This document shows, in pieces, positions 1 through 10,053 of a DNA stretch of 64,000 nt. Position numbers and translations under genes: made by a program. Below the pieces are notes generated by a model, which saw only the letters and a program-made list of their open reading frames with translations, was not told the origin of the DNA and did not search any database. This stretch comes from Vicinamibacterales bacterium. GTDB lineage: Bacteria > Acidobacteriota > Vicinamibacteria > Vicinamibacterales > CAVVIG01. The number at the start of each line of letters is the position of its first letter. The stretch's first letter is position 1. The stretch covers positions 7,382 through 71,381 of the forward strand of contig JBFXAT010000014.1 in assembly GCA_050183995.1 (NCBI GenBank), read 5' to 3'.

Positions 1-390
1 GACACCTCGATCCGTATCGTCACCACGCCCGGGCACACCGCCGGGACGCTGTCCTACCTGTTCGAGGCCAAGGACAACGGCCGGCCGCTGCGCTTCGTGT
101 ACGTGGGCGGCACCGCGATACCGTTCAACGAAAAGGCCGCGTGGTATGACGAGTACATCGCGTCGTCCAGGAAGCTGGCGAAGGCAGCCGCCGACTTCGG
201 CGCGACGGCGCTGATCTCGAATCACACCGAATTCGACAACGGCTACTACAAAGCCCACACGGCCGCGCACCGTCAGCCGGGGGAGTCGAATCCGTTCGAG
301 GTGGGCAAGGACACGGTCGCCCGGTACTTCACGCTGATCGATCAGTGCACGACCGCCGCCAAGCTTCGTGCCTCGTCAGCGGCGCGCTGA
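1..390 (+). CDS. Metallo-beta-lactamase fold hydrolase (subclass B3-like), 5'-truncated by the window
   Basis: Frame 1 is open from base 1: DTSIRIVTTPGHTAGTLSYLF...VYVGGTA...ALISNH, i.e. the TPGHTxG and late His motifs of B3-type MBLs. Confidence 0.75.
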   Translation, partial: DTSIRIVTTPGHTAGTLSYLFEAKDNGRPLRFVYVGGTAIPFNEKAAWYDEYIASSRKLAKAAADFGATALISNHTEFDNGYYKAHTAAHRQPGESNPFEVGKDTVARYFTLIDQCTTAAKLRASSAAR

Positions 391-630
391 AGGGACCGGC
401 ACGCCGGGCCTCCGCCGGCCCTCAGCCCGAGCCGCTTTCGGCGGGCCGAACACATGGGTAAAGAGGCCTCGACGATGGATCGGCCATCGACAATCGGGCG
501 CGGAAGGGCAGCCGGCGACGATCTGGTCGAGCCTGGCGTCCGCTGCCAGGTCACGACGGTACTGCGAGGAACTCTGCCACCACCTCGGCATCGGGCGCGT
601 CGGTCAAGAACCGGAGGGTTGATTAACACT

Positions 631-668
631 TGGGGTAGTGGGTCAGTTTGAAGCTGACCCGCTACCCA
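631..668. repeat. GTAG-type REP-like palindrome
   Basis: GGGTAGTGGGTCAG-tttgaag-CTGACCCGCTACCC inverted repeat in intergenic DNA, both arms carrying GTAG/CTAC. Confidence 0.55.
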
Positions 669-857
669 GCAGCTCGATCTCCGGCATCACACTCGCTCGA
701 GAGCCCGACGATTCTCGAGATCCGGCCAAGTCTTGGGAATCCCCAGGGGTGCCCCTGCCGCCCCGCGCGAATCGGTGCAGCCCTCGACCTGAGCTCCAAG
801 ACGTGCGGTTGCGGTCCTGAAGTTGTTCGGGACGACCGCCTTCGGGTGTGGCGTCTT

Positions 858-1886
858 TCACACGGCAAGGTCCTTCGCGATCGGATTGGCGGCTCGCCAG
901 GCGGCCGGCGTCAGGCCCGTCCAGCGACGAAAGGCACGATGAAAGTTGGAGGGTTCTCCGTAGCCGAGGAGGTACGACACCTCCGCAATCGGCACGCGGC
1001 GTTCGCGCAACAACCCCTCGGCGCGCTCACGTAAGAGCTCGTCGCGAATCTTTCGGAAAGACGTGCCTGATTCGCCGAGGCGGCGGTGCATCGTGCGAAC
1101 CGTCATCGCCAGGCGCTCCGCCACCGCCGCTTCCATGGCGGAGCCGATGAGGAAACCCTCCGCGATTTCTTCCCTCACGCGCTCAACCAGACTGGACTGC
1201 GGAGACATGCGCCCCACCAGCGCGGCGGCATACGCTTCGAACCTGGCTCCGAGTTCAGGCGTGCTCTCGACTAGCGGAAGGTTCAATACGTCCGAACGCA
1301 GTAGAAGTACGTCCTGCCTGGCGCCGAACCGTACCGGTCCTTCGAAGAAACGTTCGAACGGCTCGCGGTTCCGAGGTCCGGACCATTGAAACCGCGCTTC
1401 ATCGACGGCAATCCGTGCACGGGTCAGCTGTCGTCCCCACGTAATCCAGTGACCGAGAAGCGTGCAGACGACCTGTTCGCGCGGACCGTACGGTGACGGA
1501 TCCGGATGCGGGCACGTCATGGAGGCCTGCCGGCCGGCATCCTCCAGAACGAACTCGGTGTACCGATTGACGACGCGCATGTAGCGCTCGGCCCGCCGGA
1601 GCATGTCGCCGAACGTGTTGCTCGAGCGAAGCAGGAAGCCCCACAGCCCTGTGACCTCCACTGGAAGGGCCACGGCCATTTCTATTCCGAGCGTCTCCCG
1701 AGGGGTCTCGTAGATAGCTCGCGCTATAGCCAGATGCTCCTCTGCCGGAATCAGCTCCACCTGGCCGTGGCTACGGAGCGTCGGCGCAAGTCTGTCGAGA
1801 TCGAGCGCGATGCCAAGAGTTCGGGCAGCCTCGGCCAGCGCGAGAGCGGCACGGGCGTAGATGTAGTCACGACTTGGCTGCCCCAT
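858..1886 (-). CDS. AraC family transcriptional regulator (Arabinose_bd_2 + HTH)
   Basis: C-terminal LAMTVRTMHRRL...IAEVSYLLGYGEPSNFHRAFRRWTGLTP; start taken at MGQPSRD. Confidence 0.9.
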   Translation of the reverse strand: MGQPSRDYIYARAALALAEAARTLGIALDLDRLAPTLRSHGQVELIPAEEHLAIARAIYETPRETLGIEMAVALPVEVTGLWGFLLRSSNTFGDMLRRAERYMRVVNRYTEFVLEDAGRQASMTCPHPDPSPYGPREQVVCTLLGHWITWGRQLTRARIAVDEARFQWSGPRNREPFERFFEGPVRFGARQDVLLLRSDVLNLPLVESTPELGARFEAYAAALVGRMSPQSSLVERVREEIAEGFLIGSAMEAAVAERLAMTVRTMHRRLGESGTSFRKIRDELLRERAEGLLRERRVPIAEVSYLLGYGEPSNFHRAFRRWTGLTPAAWRAANPIAKDLAV

Positions 1887-2101
1887 CGCCGCCCTATTGT
1901 CAAAAAGTGATAGCCGATTGTCCAGAACGGCCACGGACCCGGCCATCGCCCGGCGCTACCTTTGTGCCCGTTGGGCGGTGGCACGGTCGAGAGCAGAGTG
2001 CAACCGAACGTCGTCGGGGCAGTGGCAACGCTCGAAGGTTTTCGCCCGCCGCTCGCGCGTAGCGCCGCTGCGCTGGGTTGCCGAACGTGGGAAGGTGGCT
2101 G

Positions 2102-3205
2102 ATGGCTCGGGGCATGACGCGTCGTGCGGTTCTTGGCGGACTGGCCGCGGCCGGCGGCGTCGGCATCGCGGGGACCTATCTGACGTCCTCTTCCGACGAG
2201 TATGACCGCTTGCTTGAAGATCAGATCCGACCTCTCGCGGACGATCCCGACACGGCCGAACTTGTCCGGTACGCGACCCTGGCTGCCAGCAGCCACAACA
2301 CGCAGCCTTGGCGCTTTCGTGCAGGCGCGCAGGGCATCGACATCCTGCCCGACCTTACCCGCCGCACACCTGCTGTTGATCCGGACGACCATCATCTCTA
2401 TGCCAGCATCGGTTGTGCGGCGGAGAATCTCAGCATTGCCGCCAAGGCCCGCGGTCGTTCAGGGGACGTCCAGTTTCTGGATCACGGGGACGCCGGCCGG
2501 GTGCGCGTCGCGCTCGGGGCGGCGCCGCACCAGGAGACGGCGCTCTTTCGCGCAATCCCCCAACGTCAATGCGCGCGCGCGGTCTATGACTCCGCCGCCG
2601 TTGGCCATGATGTGCTCGCGCGTCTCGACGCGGCGTCGCGCATCGGGGGCGTCGAGCCGGTCTTCGTCATGGATGTGCGGCGGCGCGATCAGATCCTCGA
2701 CCTGATCATCGCCGGCAACAGCGTACAGCTGGATGATCCCGCGTTCGTCCACGAGCTCAAGTCATGGCTCCGCTTCAACGAGCGCGCGGCGGCTGCCTCG
2801 CGCGACGGCCTGTTCGGCGCCGCGTCTGGAAATCCGCGGCTGCCGAACTGGATCGGCCCGATGATGTTCGACCTCTTCATCACCAAAGATGGTGAAAACG
2901 CCAGGGTGGCTGAGCAGGTACGCTCGTCATCTGGTCTCGTCGCCTTCATTGCCCCCAGCAACGACAGAGCCGGTTGGACGGCCGCCGGTCGAGCCTATCA
3001 ACGGTTTGCGCTCCAGGCGACGGTCGATGGACTGAAGCACGCCTTTGTCAATCAGGCGGTCGAGGTGCCGGATGCGCGGCGGGAACTTCGGTCCCTGCTC
3101 GGCACAGGCGAACGGCGGCCCAGTCTGCTCGTGCGCTTCGGCTTTGGTCCGGCGATGCCGCGATCCTTGCGGCGGAGTGTGCGGGATGTCCTCCTGACGT
3201 CCTGA
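2102..3205 (+). CDS. Acg-family FMN-binding nitroreductase-like protein with Tat-like signal
   Basis: MTRRAVLGG twin-Arg leader; ATLAASSHNTQPWRF and DPDDHHLYASIGCAAENL motifs. Confidence 0.85.
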   Translation: MARGMTRRAVLGGLAAAGGVGIAGTYLTSSSDEYDRLLEDQIRPLADDPDTAELVRYATLAASSHNTQPWRFRAGAQGIDILPDLTRRTPAVDPDDHHLYASIGCAAENLSIAAKARGRSGDVQFLDHGDAGRVRVALGAAPHQETALFRAIPQRQCARAVYDSAAVGHDVLARLDAASRIGGVEPVFVMDVRRRDQILDLIIAGNSVQLDDPAFVHELKSWLRFNERAAAASRDGLFGAASGNPRLPNWIGPMMFDLFITKDGENARVAEQVRSSSGLVAFIAPSNDRAGWTAAGRAYQRFALQATVDGLKHAFVNQAVEVPDARRELRSLLGTGERRPSLLVRFGFGPAMPRSLRRSVRDVLLTS

Positions 3206-3218
3206 GCGCGCGCGCACC

Positions 3219-3947
3219 ATGCTCCTCCCGTTGCTCGTCTGGTCCGTCCCGGTCATCGCGATTCTGGTTGGTGCCGCATTCGTCGTGCCTCCGGGCGTTC
3301 CAATTCTTCTGCGGCAGGTTGTGCTGTGCGTCATCGGCGTCGGAGGCATCATGCTCGCCGAGCGGCGTCTGTTCGGAAGTGGATGGAGGCAGATTATCGC
3401 TGCTCTCGGTTTCGTCGCGCCGCGCTCGCGAGCGGTAATGGTTGCGATGGTCGTCAGCCTGCCGATGTGGTCATTCCTGCCGATGTATTCGCGGTCCATC
3501 GACGCGCCCTCCTCACTCACTCCTGGTTGGCTGCCGATTCTTCTGGGAGTGATCCTCGTCAACGGCGTGGCCGAGGAAGTCATTCATCGGGCGTTCATCT
3601 TTGGACACGCACGGGAGACACGATCGTTCTGGGCTTCCGCAACGATCTCCGCCGTCGTCTTTGGGGTTCAGCACATCTACCTGTTGCTTACGATCGGCAT
3701 GCTCGCCGGGATGGCTTCAGTGGTGCTGGCACTTGCCTTGGCTTTTCCTCTGGCGTTTCTCTACGAACGCGGCGGCAACTCGCTCGGTGCACCAGCGATC
3801 CTGCACACGAGCTCGAACGCGCCGATGATGCTGTTCGTGGTCCCGGAGGCCGCTGGCGAAGTGCTCCTTCCACATATGGCGGTCGTGCTGGCCTCGATGT
3901 ATCTGAGTTTCGCGTTCTGGCCCTGGCTTCAGTCGGAGGGCGGGTGA
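3219..3947 (+). CDS. CPBP (CAAX/Abi) intramembrane glutamic endopeptidase
   Basis: EEVIHR, FGVQH and AILHTSSN motifs in a hydrophobic multi-TM protein. Confidence 0.85.
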   Translation: MLLPLLVWSVPVIAILVGAAFVVPPGVPILLRQVVLCVIGVGGIMLAERRLFGSGWRQIIAALGFVAPRSRAVMVAMVVSLPMWSFLPMYSRSIDAPSSLTPGWLPILLGVILVNGVAEEVIHRAFIFGHARETRSFWASATISAVVFGVQHIYLLLTIGMLAGMASVVLALALAFPLAFLYERGGNSLGAPAILHTSSNAPMMLFVVPEAAGEVLLPHMAVVLASMYLSFAFWPWLQSEGG

Positions 3948-5152
3948 CACACGTGCTGCCATCAACCACGGATGTCCTTATTGTCGGCGCGGGCCCGACC
4001 GGGCTGGCACTCGCGATCAGCCTGCAGCAAGCCGGCATCGAACACGTGCTGATCGACAAGCTGGCCGCCGGCCAGAACACGTCGCGAGCGGCGGTGATTC
4101 ACGCGCATACGCTCGACATGCTCGACGAGCTCGGGGTCTCGGCATCGTTGGCTGAGGAGGGGTTGAAGCTGACCACATTCACGATCCGAGACAGAGATCG
4201 CCGGTTGTTGCAGGTGCCATTTGATCGACTGCCGACCAGGCATCCGTACCTGCTCATGCTCCCGCAGGATGCGACGGAACGAATTCTGACGGATCGTCTG
4301 GTGGCGCTGGGCGGCAGGATCCACAGAGGCGTGACCGCGACGCGGTTGACTCGCGGCGCCGCCGCCGTCGAGGCGACGTGCGACTCGGAAGTTGGCGAGC
4401 AGAGGATCGCCGCCCACTATGTCGTCGGCGCGGACGGCATGCACAGCATCGTCCGCGCAACGATCGGCGCTGAGTTCACGGGCGCTACGTATGAAGAGTC
4501 GTTCGTCCTGGCAGACGTCGGGATGAATTGGTCGTACGGCCGTGACGAAGTGCAGCTGTTTTTCTCTCCAGCAGGGCTCGTCGTGATCGCACCGCTTCCA
4601 AACGGTGCGTTCCGGATCGTCGCAACGCTCGACGATGCACCTGAGCATCCGGTCGCTGCGGACATTCGAGCACTCGTCGACGCGCGTGGACCGGCGGGAG
4701 GCACAGCGGACGTGACTCATGTCGAGTGGAGCTCGCGCTTCCGCATACATCACCGCCTCGCGAGTTCATATCGAGATGGACGTCTGTTTCTTATCGGTGA
4801 CGCCGCGCACGTGCACAGCCCCGCTGGAGGTCAGGGGATGAATACAGGCCTCGTCGATGCTTGCGTGCTCGGGCGGCTGATCGCTCAGGCAGTCTCGGGG
4901 AAACAGTCTGGATCGGGGCTCGATCGCTACCAGGAACTGCGCCGACCCGCAGCCGAACAGGTGCTCGGGCTGGCGGGGCGACTCACGTCGCTCGCGACGA
5001 TGAAGAGTCCGGTGAAACGGTGTGTCCGAAACGCGGTCTTTTCGCTGCTCAACCACCTGTCGCCGGCGAAGCACACCGTGGCGATGAACCTGTCGGGGTT
5101 GAGCCGTCAGCGGTTTGCCGCAATCGCTGACGAACCGGATGGTCCAGGATGA
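3944..5152 (+). CDS. FAD-dependent monooxygenase (UbiH/PheA-like)
   Basis: VLIVGAGPTG, VGADG and GDAAHVHSPAGGQGMNTG motifs; GTG start overlaps the upstream TGA. Confidence 0.92.
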   Translation: MTHVLPSTTDVLIVGAGPTGLALAISLQQAGIEHVLIDKLAAGQNTSRAAVIHAHTLDMLDELGVSASLAEEGLKLTTFTIRDRDRRLLQVPFDRLPTRHPYLLMLPQDATERILTDRLVALGGRIHRGVTATRLTRGAAAVEATCDSEVGEQRIAAHYVVGADGMHSIVRATIGAEFTGATYEESFVLADVGMNWSYGRDEVQLFFSPAGLVVIAPLPNGAFRIVATLDDAPEHPVAADIRALVDARGPAGGTADVTHVEWSSRFRIHHRLASSYRDGRLFLIGDAAHVHSPAGGQGMNTGLVDACVLGRLIAQAVSGKQSGSGLDRYQELRRPAAEQVLGLAGRLTSLATMKSPVKRCVRNAVFSLLNHLSPAKHTVAMNLSGLSRQRFAAIADEPDGPG

Positions 5153-5225
5153 GGCGATACCTGTCGGCGAACGCTCACGCGACGCCGCGCGAGAACCCTG
5201 ACGCGCCACGAGCGTCGCCGCCGGC

Positions 5226-6305
5226 CTAGCCGTCGGCTGCGTCGACCTTGTCCTCCCCCAGCACATCTTCGACATACAACATCCGCACGATGACCAGGCT
5301 TGCCGCGACCAACGGCGAAGCGAGCAACAGCCCGTAGAGTCCGACTGACGCCCCGAGCAGCAATTGCGCCAGCAGCGTGATCGCGGGCGGGACGGAAACG
5401 GTCTGCTGGGTCACCAGGGGAGTCAGCAGATACCCGTCCGCTGATTGATAGGCCACGTACAGCACCGCCACGTACAGCGCCTGGGTCGGTCCCTGAGTCA
5501 GCGCGATCAACATTGCCGGCGCGGCAGCCAGGATCGGTCCGACGTTCGGAATGAAATTCAGCAGCCCTGAGAGGATTCCCAGGGTCAATGCGAAGGGAAC
5601 GCCAAGCAGCCACAGGCCCACGGTGGTGCTGACGGCGTTGAGCGCCATCAGCCCGATTCGCCCCAGGATCCACCAGCGAAGCGTCGAGCTCAGGCGCCGG
5701 AAGACGTCACGGATGCGCGCCCGCTGCTCGGACGGGATCAGACAAAGGCTCCCCTCGACGTAGACGCGAGGGCTGGCCGCCAGGTATATCGCCACGACCA
5801 GAACCGCCACGGCGTCGATCACCACGCCGGCGATCGTGGAGAACGTGTCGGTCAGGCGATGAAGGACGCTCGAACTGGTCAGCCATCCGCTCATCGACGG
5901 CGACCGCCATTCGATCGTCTGTACCACCCCGAACTGTGCTGCCCACCGGCGCAGCTCCTCGAGCCCTCGTGGAAGCGTATCCAGGAACTCGTTGGTCTGC
6001 GCCGAGACCCGCGCCGCCAAGAGCCAGGTGCTGAGTGCTGTCAAGGTGACGAGGACGGCGAGGACGAGTGTGAGCGCCAGCCCTTCCGACAGCGAAAGAC
6101 GCGCCCGAACAGCGTCAATGAGGCTGCGCAGCAGGATCGCCACCAGCACGCTGCCAAACGCGAGGAGGAAGACGTCAGGGAACGACCACACGAGCACGGC
6201 GAGAAGAATCGCAGCGCCCGCGACCGTGACGACGATGATGGTCTGCTTGGCGGTCCTGGCGGTTGCGCCCGGCGCCAGCCGGCCTGCCGCGTCCTGTGAT
6301 GTCAA
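5226..6305 (-). CDS. AI-2E family (PerM/TqsA) transporter
   Basis: Multi-TM with LNFIPNVGP, LLTPLV and GLYGLLLASPL motifs. Confidence 0.9.
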   Translation of the reverse strand: MTSQDAAGRLAPGATARTAKQTIIVVTVAGAAILLAVLVWSFPDVFLLAFGSVLVAILLRSLIDAVRARLSLSEGLALTLVLAVLVTLTALSTWLLAARVSAQTNEFLDTLPRGLEELRRWAAQFGVVQTIEWRSPSMSGWLTSSSVLHRLTDTFSTIAGVVIDAVAVLVVAIYLAASPRVYVEGSLCLIPSEQRARIRDVFRRLSSTLRWWILGRIGLMALNAVSTTVGLWLLGVPFALTLGILSGLLNFIPNVGPILAAAPAMLIALTQGPTQALYVAVLYVAYQSADGYLLTPLVTQQTVSVPPAITLLAQLLLGASVGLYGLLLASPLVAASLVIVRMLYVEDVLGEDKVDAADG

Positions 6306-6471
6306 TTCGCAACCTCAGTTCTGAACCTCACCGCATGAGGCTCTGCGTTCCGGGTCTGCTTCCCAAGCCACCACGGAAGTCCACCGCCGTGCGCCCTCCA
6401 GCAATGACGAGGCCTGCTCAGCACGACGCATCGCGTGTAGCTGTTCATGCCGGTGAGCACGCCGGGTCGGT

Positions 6472-7215
6472 CTACTGCACGATCGGATCCCTGCGGGAAG
6501 ATGAAGCGCGGCCATGGTTCGAATCAGGCCGAGGATGGAGGGCCGCCGAGCCACCCCGATCGCGAGGACAAGCTGGAGAGGCTTCGCGGAAGATCTCCGC
6601 ATCCAGCACGTACCGTTGGTACAGCGCCACATCGTCGTGGTAGACGTCTCTGATCCGTCGAACCGTCGCCTCCGCCAGGTCCTGTTGTTCGAGATGATGC
6701 GACGTGTATCCCTCGTCTACGGCCCGTGACGCTCGAGACCGGCGCCGGGGCAGGTCAGGCACCCTCACGATTCCGAGCGGCCCGAGAATGCGCGTGACGT
6801 CCCGTTGCAGGTGCTCGACGCATCCCCAGTCGTCGATCCGGACACCCTTGATGAAGCGCGCCTGTGGGTGAACGTGCCCATCCCAGGGACAGCGGGCCGC
6901 CTCGTCGAGAAACGCCTCGAAACGCTCCTGGCCCGCCGGTCGCTGGAGGAAGGCCGGCGCCGGCAGATAGCTCGGATTCCTGTCGGCCCTGTAGGACACC
7001 TCCTGGTAGGCCGAGAGCGCTCGCTCGACCGGGTCCCTCAGGAAGACGAACGTGAAGTAGTTGCGCCGGATGTCGGCCGGCAGATCCGCGTGCACGTGCA
7101 AGGTCGCGGCGCACGGCTCGTGCGCAAACCACTCACGAAGCGTGCTCGAAGCGTTCTTCGCCACCAGGATCCAGATGAAGCGATACCGATGGGATACGTA
7201 GCAGAGGGTTCGCAC
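6472..7215 (-). CDS. Sulfotransferase family 2 protein
   Basis: 5'-PSB-like AKNASSTLR and 3'-PB-like FLRDPVERALSAY; start uncertain. Confidence 0.75.
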   Translation of the reverse strand: MRTLCYVSHRYRFIWILVAKNASSTLREWFAHEPCAATLHVHADLPADIRRNYFTFVFLRDPVERALSAYQEVSYRADRNPSYLPAPAFLQRPAGQERFEAFLDEAARCPWDGHVHPQARFIKGVRIDDWGCVEHLQRDVTRILGPLGIVRVPDLPRRRSRASRAVDEGYTSHHLEQQDLAEATVRRIRDVYHDDVALYQRYVLDAEIFREASPACPRDRGGSAALHPRPDSNHGRASSSRRDPIVQ

Positions 7216-7497
7216 GACTGGTAGAAGTCCAGGTCCGTCACGCACATGGACCGCGCCATCTCTTCGAGGTCGTTGTTGGGCTGGGCCCCTGCCCAGTGAG
7301 CGCAAAGTACACAGCGTCCAAAGCACCCGTCAACGGAAAAACGGCCGCACCGCCCCTAGCTCTCCTGTCCCACCCTTCGCGCAAGGCGGCGGTCGGAGGG
7401 CCCGACTCTGGCCACGCCCTCCTGTTGTCGATGGTGTTCAACGCGAGTTTGAAGCCTGGTCTGTGATACCTTCAGCCCGCCGAAGGGAGGGCATGCC

Positions 7498-8421
7498 GTG
7501 CCACAACCACCAGAGCAACCGAAAGTGAAGATTCCAGCCGAAGCGGTCGAACTGTACACGCAGTACATCCACGGTGACATCAGTCGCCGGGCCTTCATGA
7601 ATGCGGTCAAGCGTTTCGCGGTCGCCGGACTGACCCCCGTGGCGATTGTCGAAGCGTTGATGCCGAACTACGCGCTGGGGCAGCAGATTCGCAAGGACGA
7701 TGAGCGGATCAAGGCGACCTACGAAACCATTCCGTCACCCGATGGCAACGGGTACATCAAGGGCTATTTCGTCCGGCCATTCAGCCAGGACACGCGCACC
7801 GAGACACCAACGAAGTTGCCCACCGTTCTGGTCATACACGAGAATCGGGGACTCAATCCGCACACAGAGGACGTCGCGCGGCGGTTCGCGCTCGAGAACT
7901 TCATGGCGTTTGCGCCGGACGCGCTGACGACCGTCGGCGGGTATCCGAGCGACGACTACAAGGGCGGCCAGTTGTTCGCCAAGATCGATCGCGCCAAGCT
8001 GACCCAGGACTTCGTCGCGAGCGCGCGCTGGTTGAAAGCCCATGCGCTCTCGAACGGCAAGGTCGCGGCCACCGGATTCTGCTTCGGCGGCGGCATGTGC
8101 AATACGCTGGCGACGCTGCTCGGCGCGGATCTGGCGGCAGCCGCTCCGTTCTACGGCGGTGCGCCTCCCGCGGCGGACGTCCCGAAGATCAAGGCTGCGA
8201 TCCTCGTGCACCATGGCGCGCTCGACAAGGCGTTGGTGGACGCGTATCCCGCCTACGAGGCGGCCCTGAAGCAGAACAACATCCCGCACGAGGGCCACAT
8301 CTATCCGGATTCCGTCCATGGCTTCTTCAATGACGCCACGCCCGAGCGCTACAACAAGGCGTCGGCGGAGGAGGCGTGGAACCGCACGATCGCGTGGTTC
8401 AACAAGTACACGCGCGCGTAG
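7498..8421 (+). CDS. Dienelactone hydrolase family protein (YghX-like)
   Basis: HENRGLNPH, GFCFGG nucleophile and HGFFND motifs; N-terminal YIHGDISRRAF. Confidence 0.92.
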   Translation: MPQPPEQPKVKIPAEAVELYTQYIHGDISRRAFMNAVKRFAVAGLTPVAIVEALMPNYALGQQIRKDDERIKATYETIPSPDGNGYIKGYFVRPFSQDTRTETPTKLPTVLVIHENRGLNPHTEDVARRFALENFMAFAPDALTTVGGYPSDDYKGGQLFAKIDRAKLTQDFVASARWLKAHALSNGKVAATGFCFGGGMCNTLATLLGADLAAAAPFYGGAPPAADVPKIKAAILVHHGALDKALVDAYPAYEAALKQNNIPHEGHIYPDSVHGFFNDATPERYNKASAEEAWNRTIAWFNKYTRA

Positions 8422-8444
8422 CCGCGCCACGAGTCCAAGGGCAT

Positions 8445-8469
8445 TCGGCCTTCTTCCGGGGAAGGCCGA
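8445..8469 (+). terminator. Hairpin after dienelactone hydrolase
   Basis: TCGGCCTTC-N7-GAAGGCCGA; no clear U-tract. Confidence 0.4.
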
Positions 8470-8517
8470 TGTCATTCGGGCCCCCGTTTCTCGAGCGCAG
8501 CCTGAGATGGTGCCCTG

Positions 8518-9138
8518 ATGCCGCCCGTCCACGTCGATCCAGCCAAGGTCAAGACATTCGAAAACGCCATTGCCTTCCATAGGTGGCTCAGCCTGCACCA
8601 CCACGAACAAGACGAGGTCTGGATCAGGATCTACAAAGTGGGCTCGGGCCTGACGTCCATCACACCGAAGGAGGCCATCGATGTGTGTCTCTGCTGGGGC
8701 TGGATCGACGGGGTGCGCAAGCGCTGTGACGACAAGAGTTTTCTGCAGCGTTACACGCACCGCCGCACGCGCAGCATCTGGAGCCGGATCAACGTCGACA
8801 ACGTCACCCGGCTGATCGCAGAGGGCCGGATGACCGAGCATGGGCTGGAGGAGGTGGAGGCAGCGAAAGCCGACGGACGCTGGGATCGCGCCTACGGAAG
8901 CGGCAAGAACATGGCGATCCCCGACGATCTCCAGGCGGCGATCGATGCGGCGCCGAAGGCCAAGCGGATGCTCTCGACGCTCAGCGCACAGAACCGGTTC
9001 GCGCTGGCCTTTCGCGTGCACAACACGAGAACGGCAGCCGGTCGGAAGAAGAAGATCGCGGTGTTCGTCGGAATGCTCGAGCGCGGTGAGACGATATACC
9101 CCCAGAAGGACAGCGCGTCGGCCAGTCGGCCGCGCTGA
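8518..9138 (+). CDS. YdeI/OmpD-associated family protein
   Basis: EAIDVCLCWGWIDG, SIWSRIN and PDDLQAA motifs. Confidence 0.9.
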   Translation: MPPVHVDPAKVKTFENAIAFHRWLSLHHHEQDEVWIRIYKVGSGLTSITPKEAIDVCLCWGWIDGVRKRCDDKSFLQRYTHRRTRSIWSRINVDNVTRLIAEGRMTEHGLEEVEAAKADGRWDRAYGSGKNMAIPDDLQAAIDAAPKAKRMLSTLSAQNRFALAFRVHNTRTAAGRKKKIAVFVGMLERGETIYPQKDSASASRPR

Positions 9139-9153
9139 GCCTCGTGCGCGACC

Positions 9154-9175
9154 CCACGCCGTGCGTACGGCGTGG
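9154..9175 (+). terminator. Hairpin after the YdeI-family gene
   Basis: CCACGCCGT-gcgt-ACGGCGTGG perfect 9-bp stem. Confidence 0.4.
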
Positions 9176-9248
9176 AGACAGGAGTGCGCCCGGTCGCGCC
9201 GATGAACGCGCATAGGCCGCGATCACTCATCTGAACGTGTAATATGCC

Positions 9249-9680
9249 GTGATGATCAACCGCGTTGCATCCCGACACCAACTGACGTGCGCCCTTCTCG
9301 TCGTTTTTGCGCTGCTGATGGCTCGAGGCGTCCACGCTCAGCCGCAGACACCCACGCAAGCCTTCAATGCCTATCGCCAGGCGCTCGCCGGAGCCACGGC
9401 CTACAGTGAGATCCTGCCGTTCATGGAATCGAAGGGCCGCTCGATGATCGAGTCGATGCCCGCGCCGAGCCAGGCCAAGATGTTCGAGCTGCTGAAGATG
9501 TTCGCGGGCACCTACAGCGACGTCGCCGTCGCGAAGGAAACCGTGACGGGCGATACGGCGATGCTGGAACTGAGCGGAAAGGACCCGAAGGGCCAGGCTG
9601 CCACGGGCTCGGTGCCGATGACGAAGGAAGCGTCGGGCTGGAAGGTCGGTACCGAGAAGTGGTCGTCCAAGCCGCGCTAG
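9249..9680 (+). CDS. Secreted hypothetical protein (NTF2/DUF4878-like shape)
   Basis: Signal peptide ending VHA-Q; C-terminal TGSVPMTKEASGWKV. Confidence 0.65.
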   Translation: MMINRVASRHQLTCALLVVFALLMARGVHAQPQTPTQAFNAYRQALAGATAYSEILPFMESKGRSMIESMPAPSQAKMFELLKMFAGTYSDVAVAKETVTGDTAMLELSGKDPKGQAATGSVPMTKEASGWKVGTEKWSSKPR

Positions 9681-10053
9681 ACGCCATCGAACGAAGCGGG
9701 CAGTTGGCGCTGCATCCGTCCTGACCCTCGGTCCCTCCGGCCCCGTTCGAGGCGGCCCGGACATCTCGCGCACGCTGCGGAACTCACGGCAGCCTGTCCC
9801 TGCCCTCGCGACCTCGCATGACCTCGGCCGATTGAGTCGGCGCTGACGAAGCCCGGCCTCCTGCCAGATCCTCTCCCCGCGTCAGTTTGTCGCGCGTCAT
9901 CTTGACGCGGCCTCGGCCCATCCCGCGCCACTACGCTGACTCTGCCGAGCGTGCACCGGTCGCGGTTCCTCATTCGAAACCCAGGGTGACACACGGGCGA
10001 ACTGTCGGTGCGGCCCACAGAGGACTGCCGGTGTCGCCCAAGAAGGATGCCTC

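Noticed and set aside
7038-7326. Frameshifted N-terminal extension of the sulfotransferase (MARSMCVTDLDFYQS)
   Set aside because: The domain appears complete from the GTG at 7215; no evidence supports the alternative frame.
9690-10050. Possible cobalamin riboswitch or Fur box ahead of the TonB receptor
   Set aside because: No B12-box or AT-rich Fur consensus recognisable by eye; an Rfam scan would be needed.
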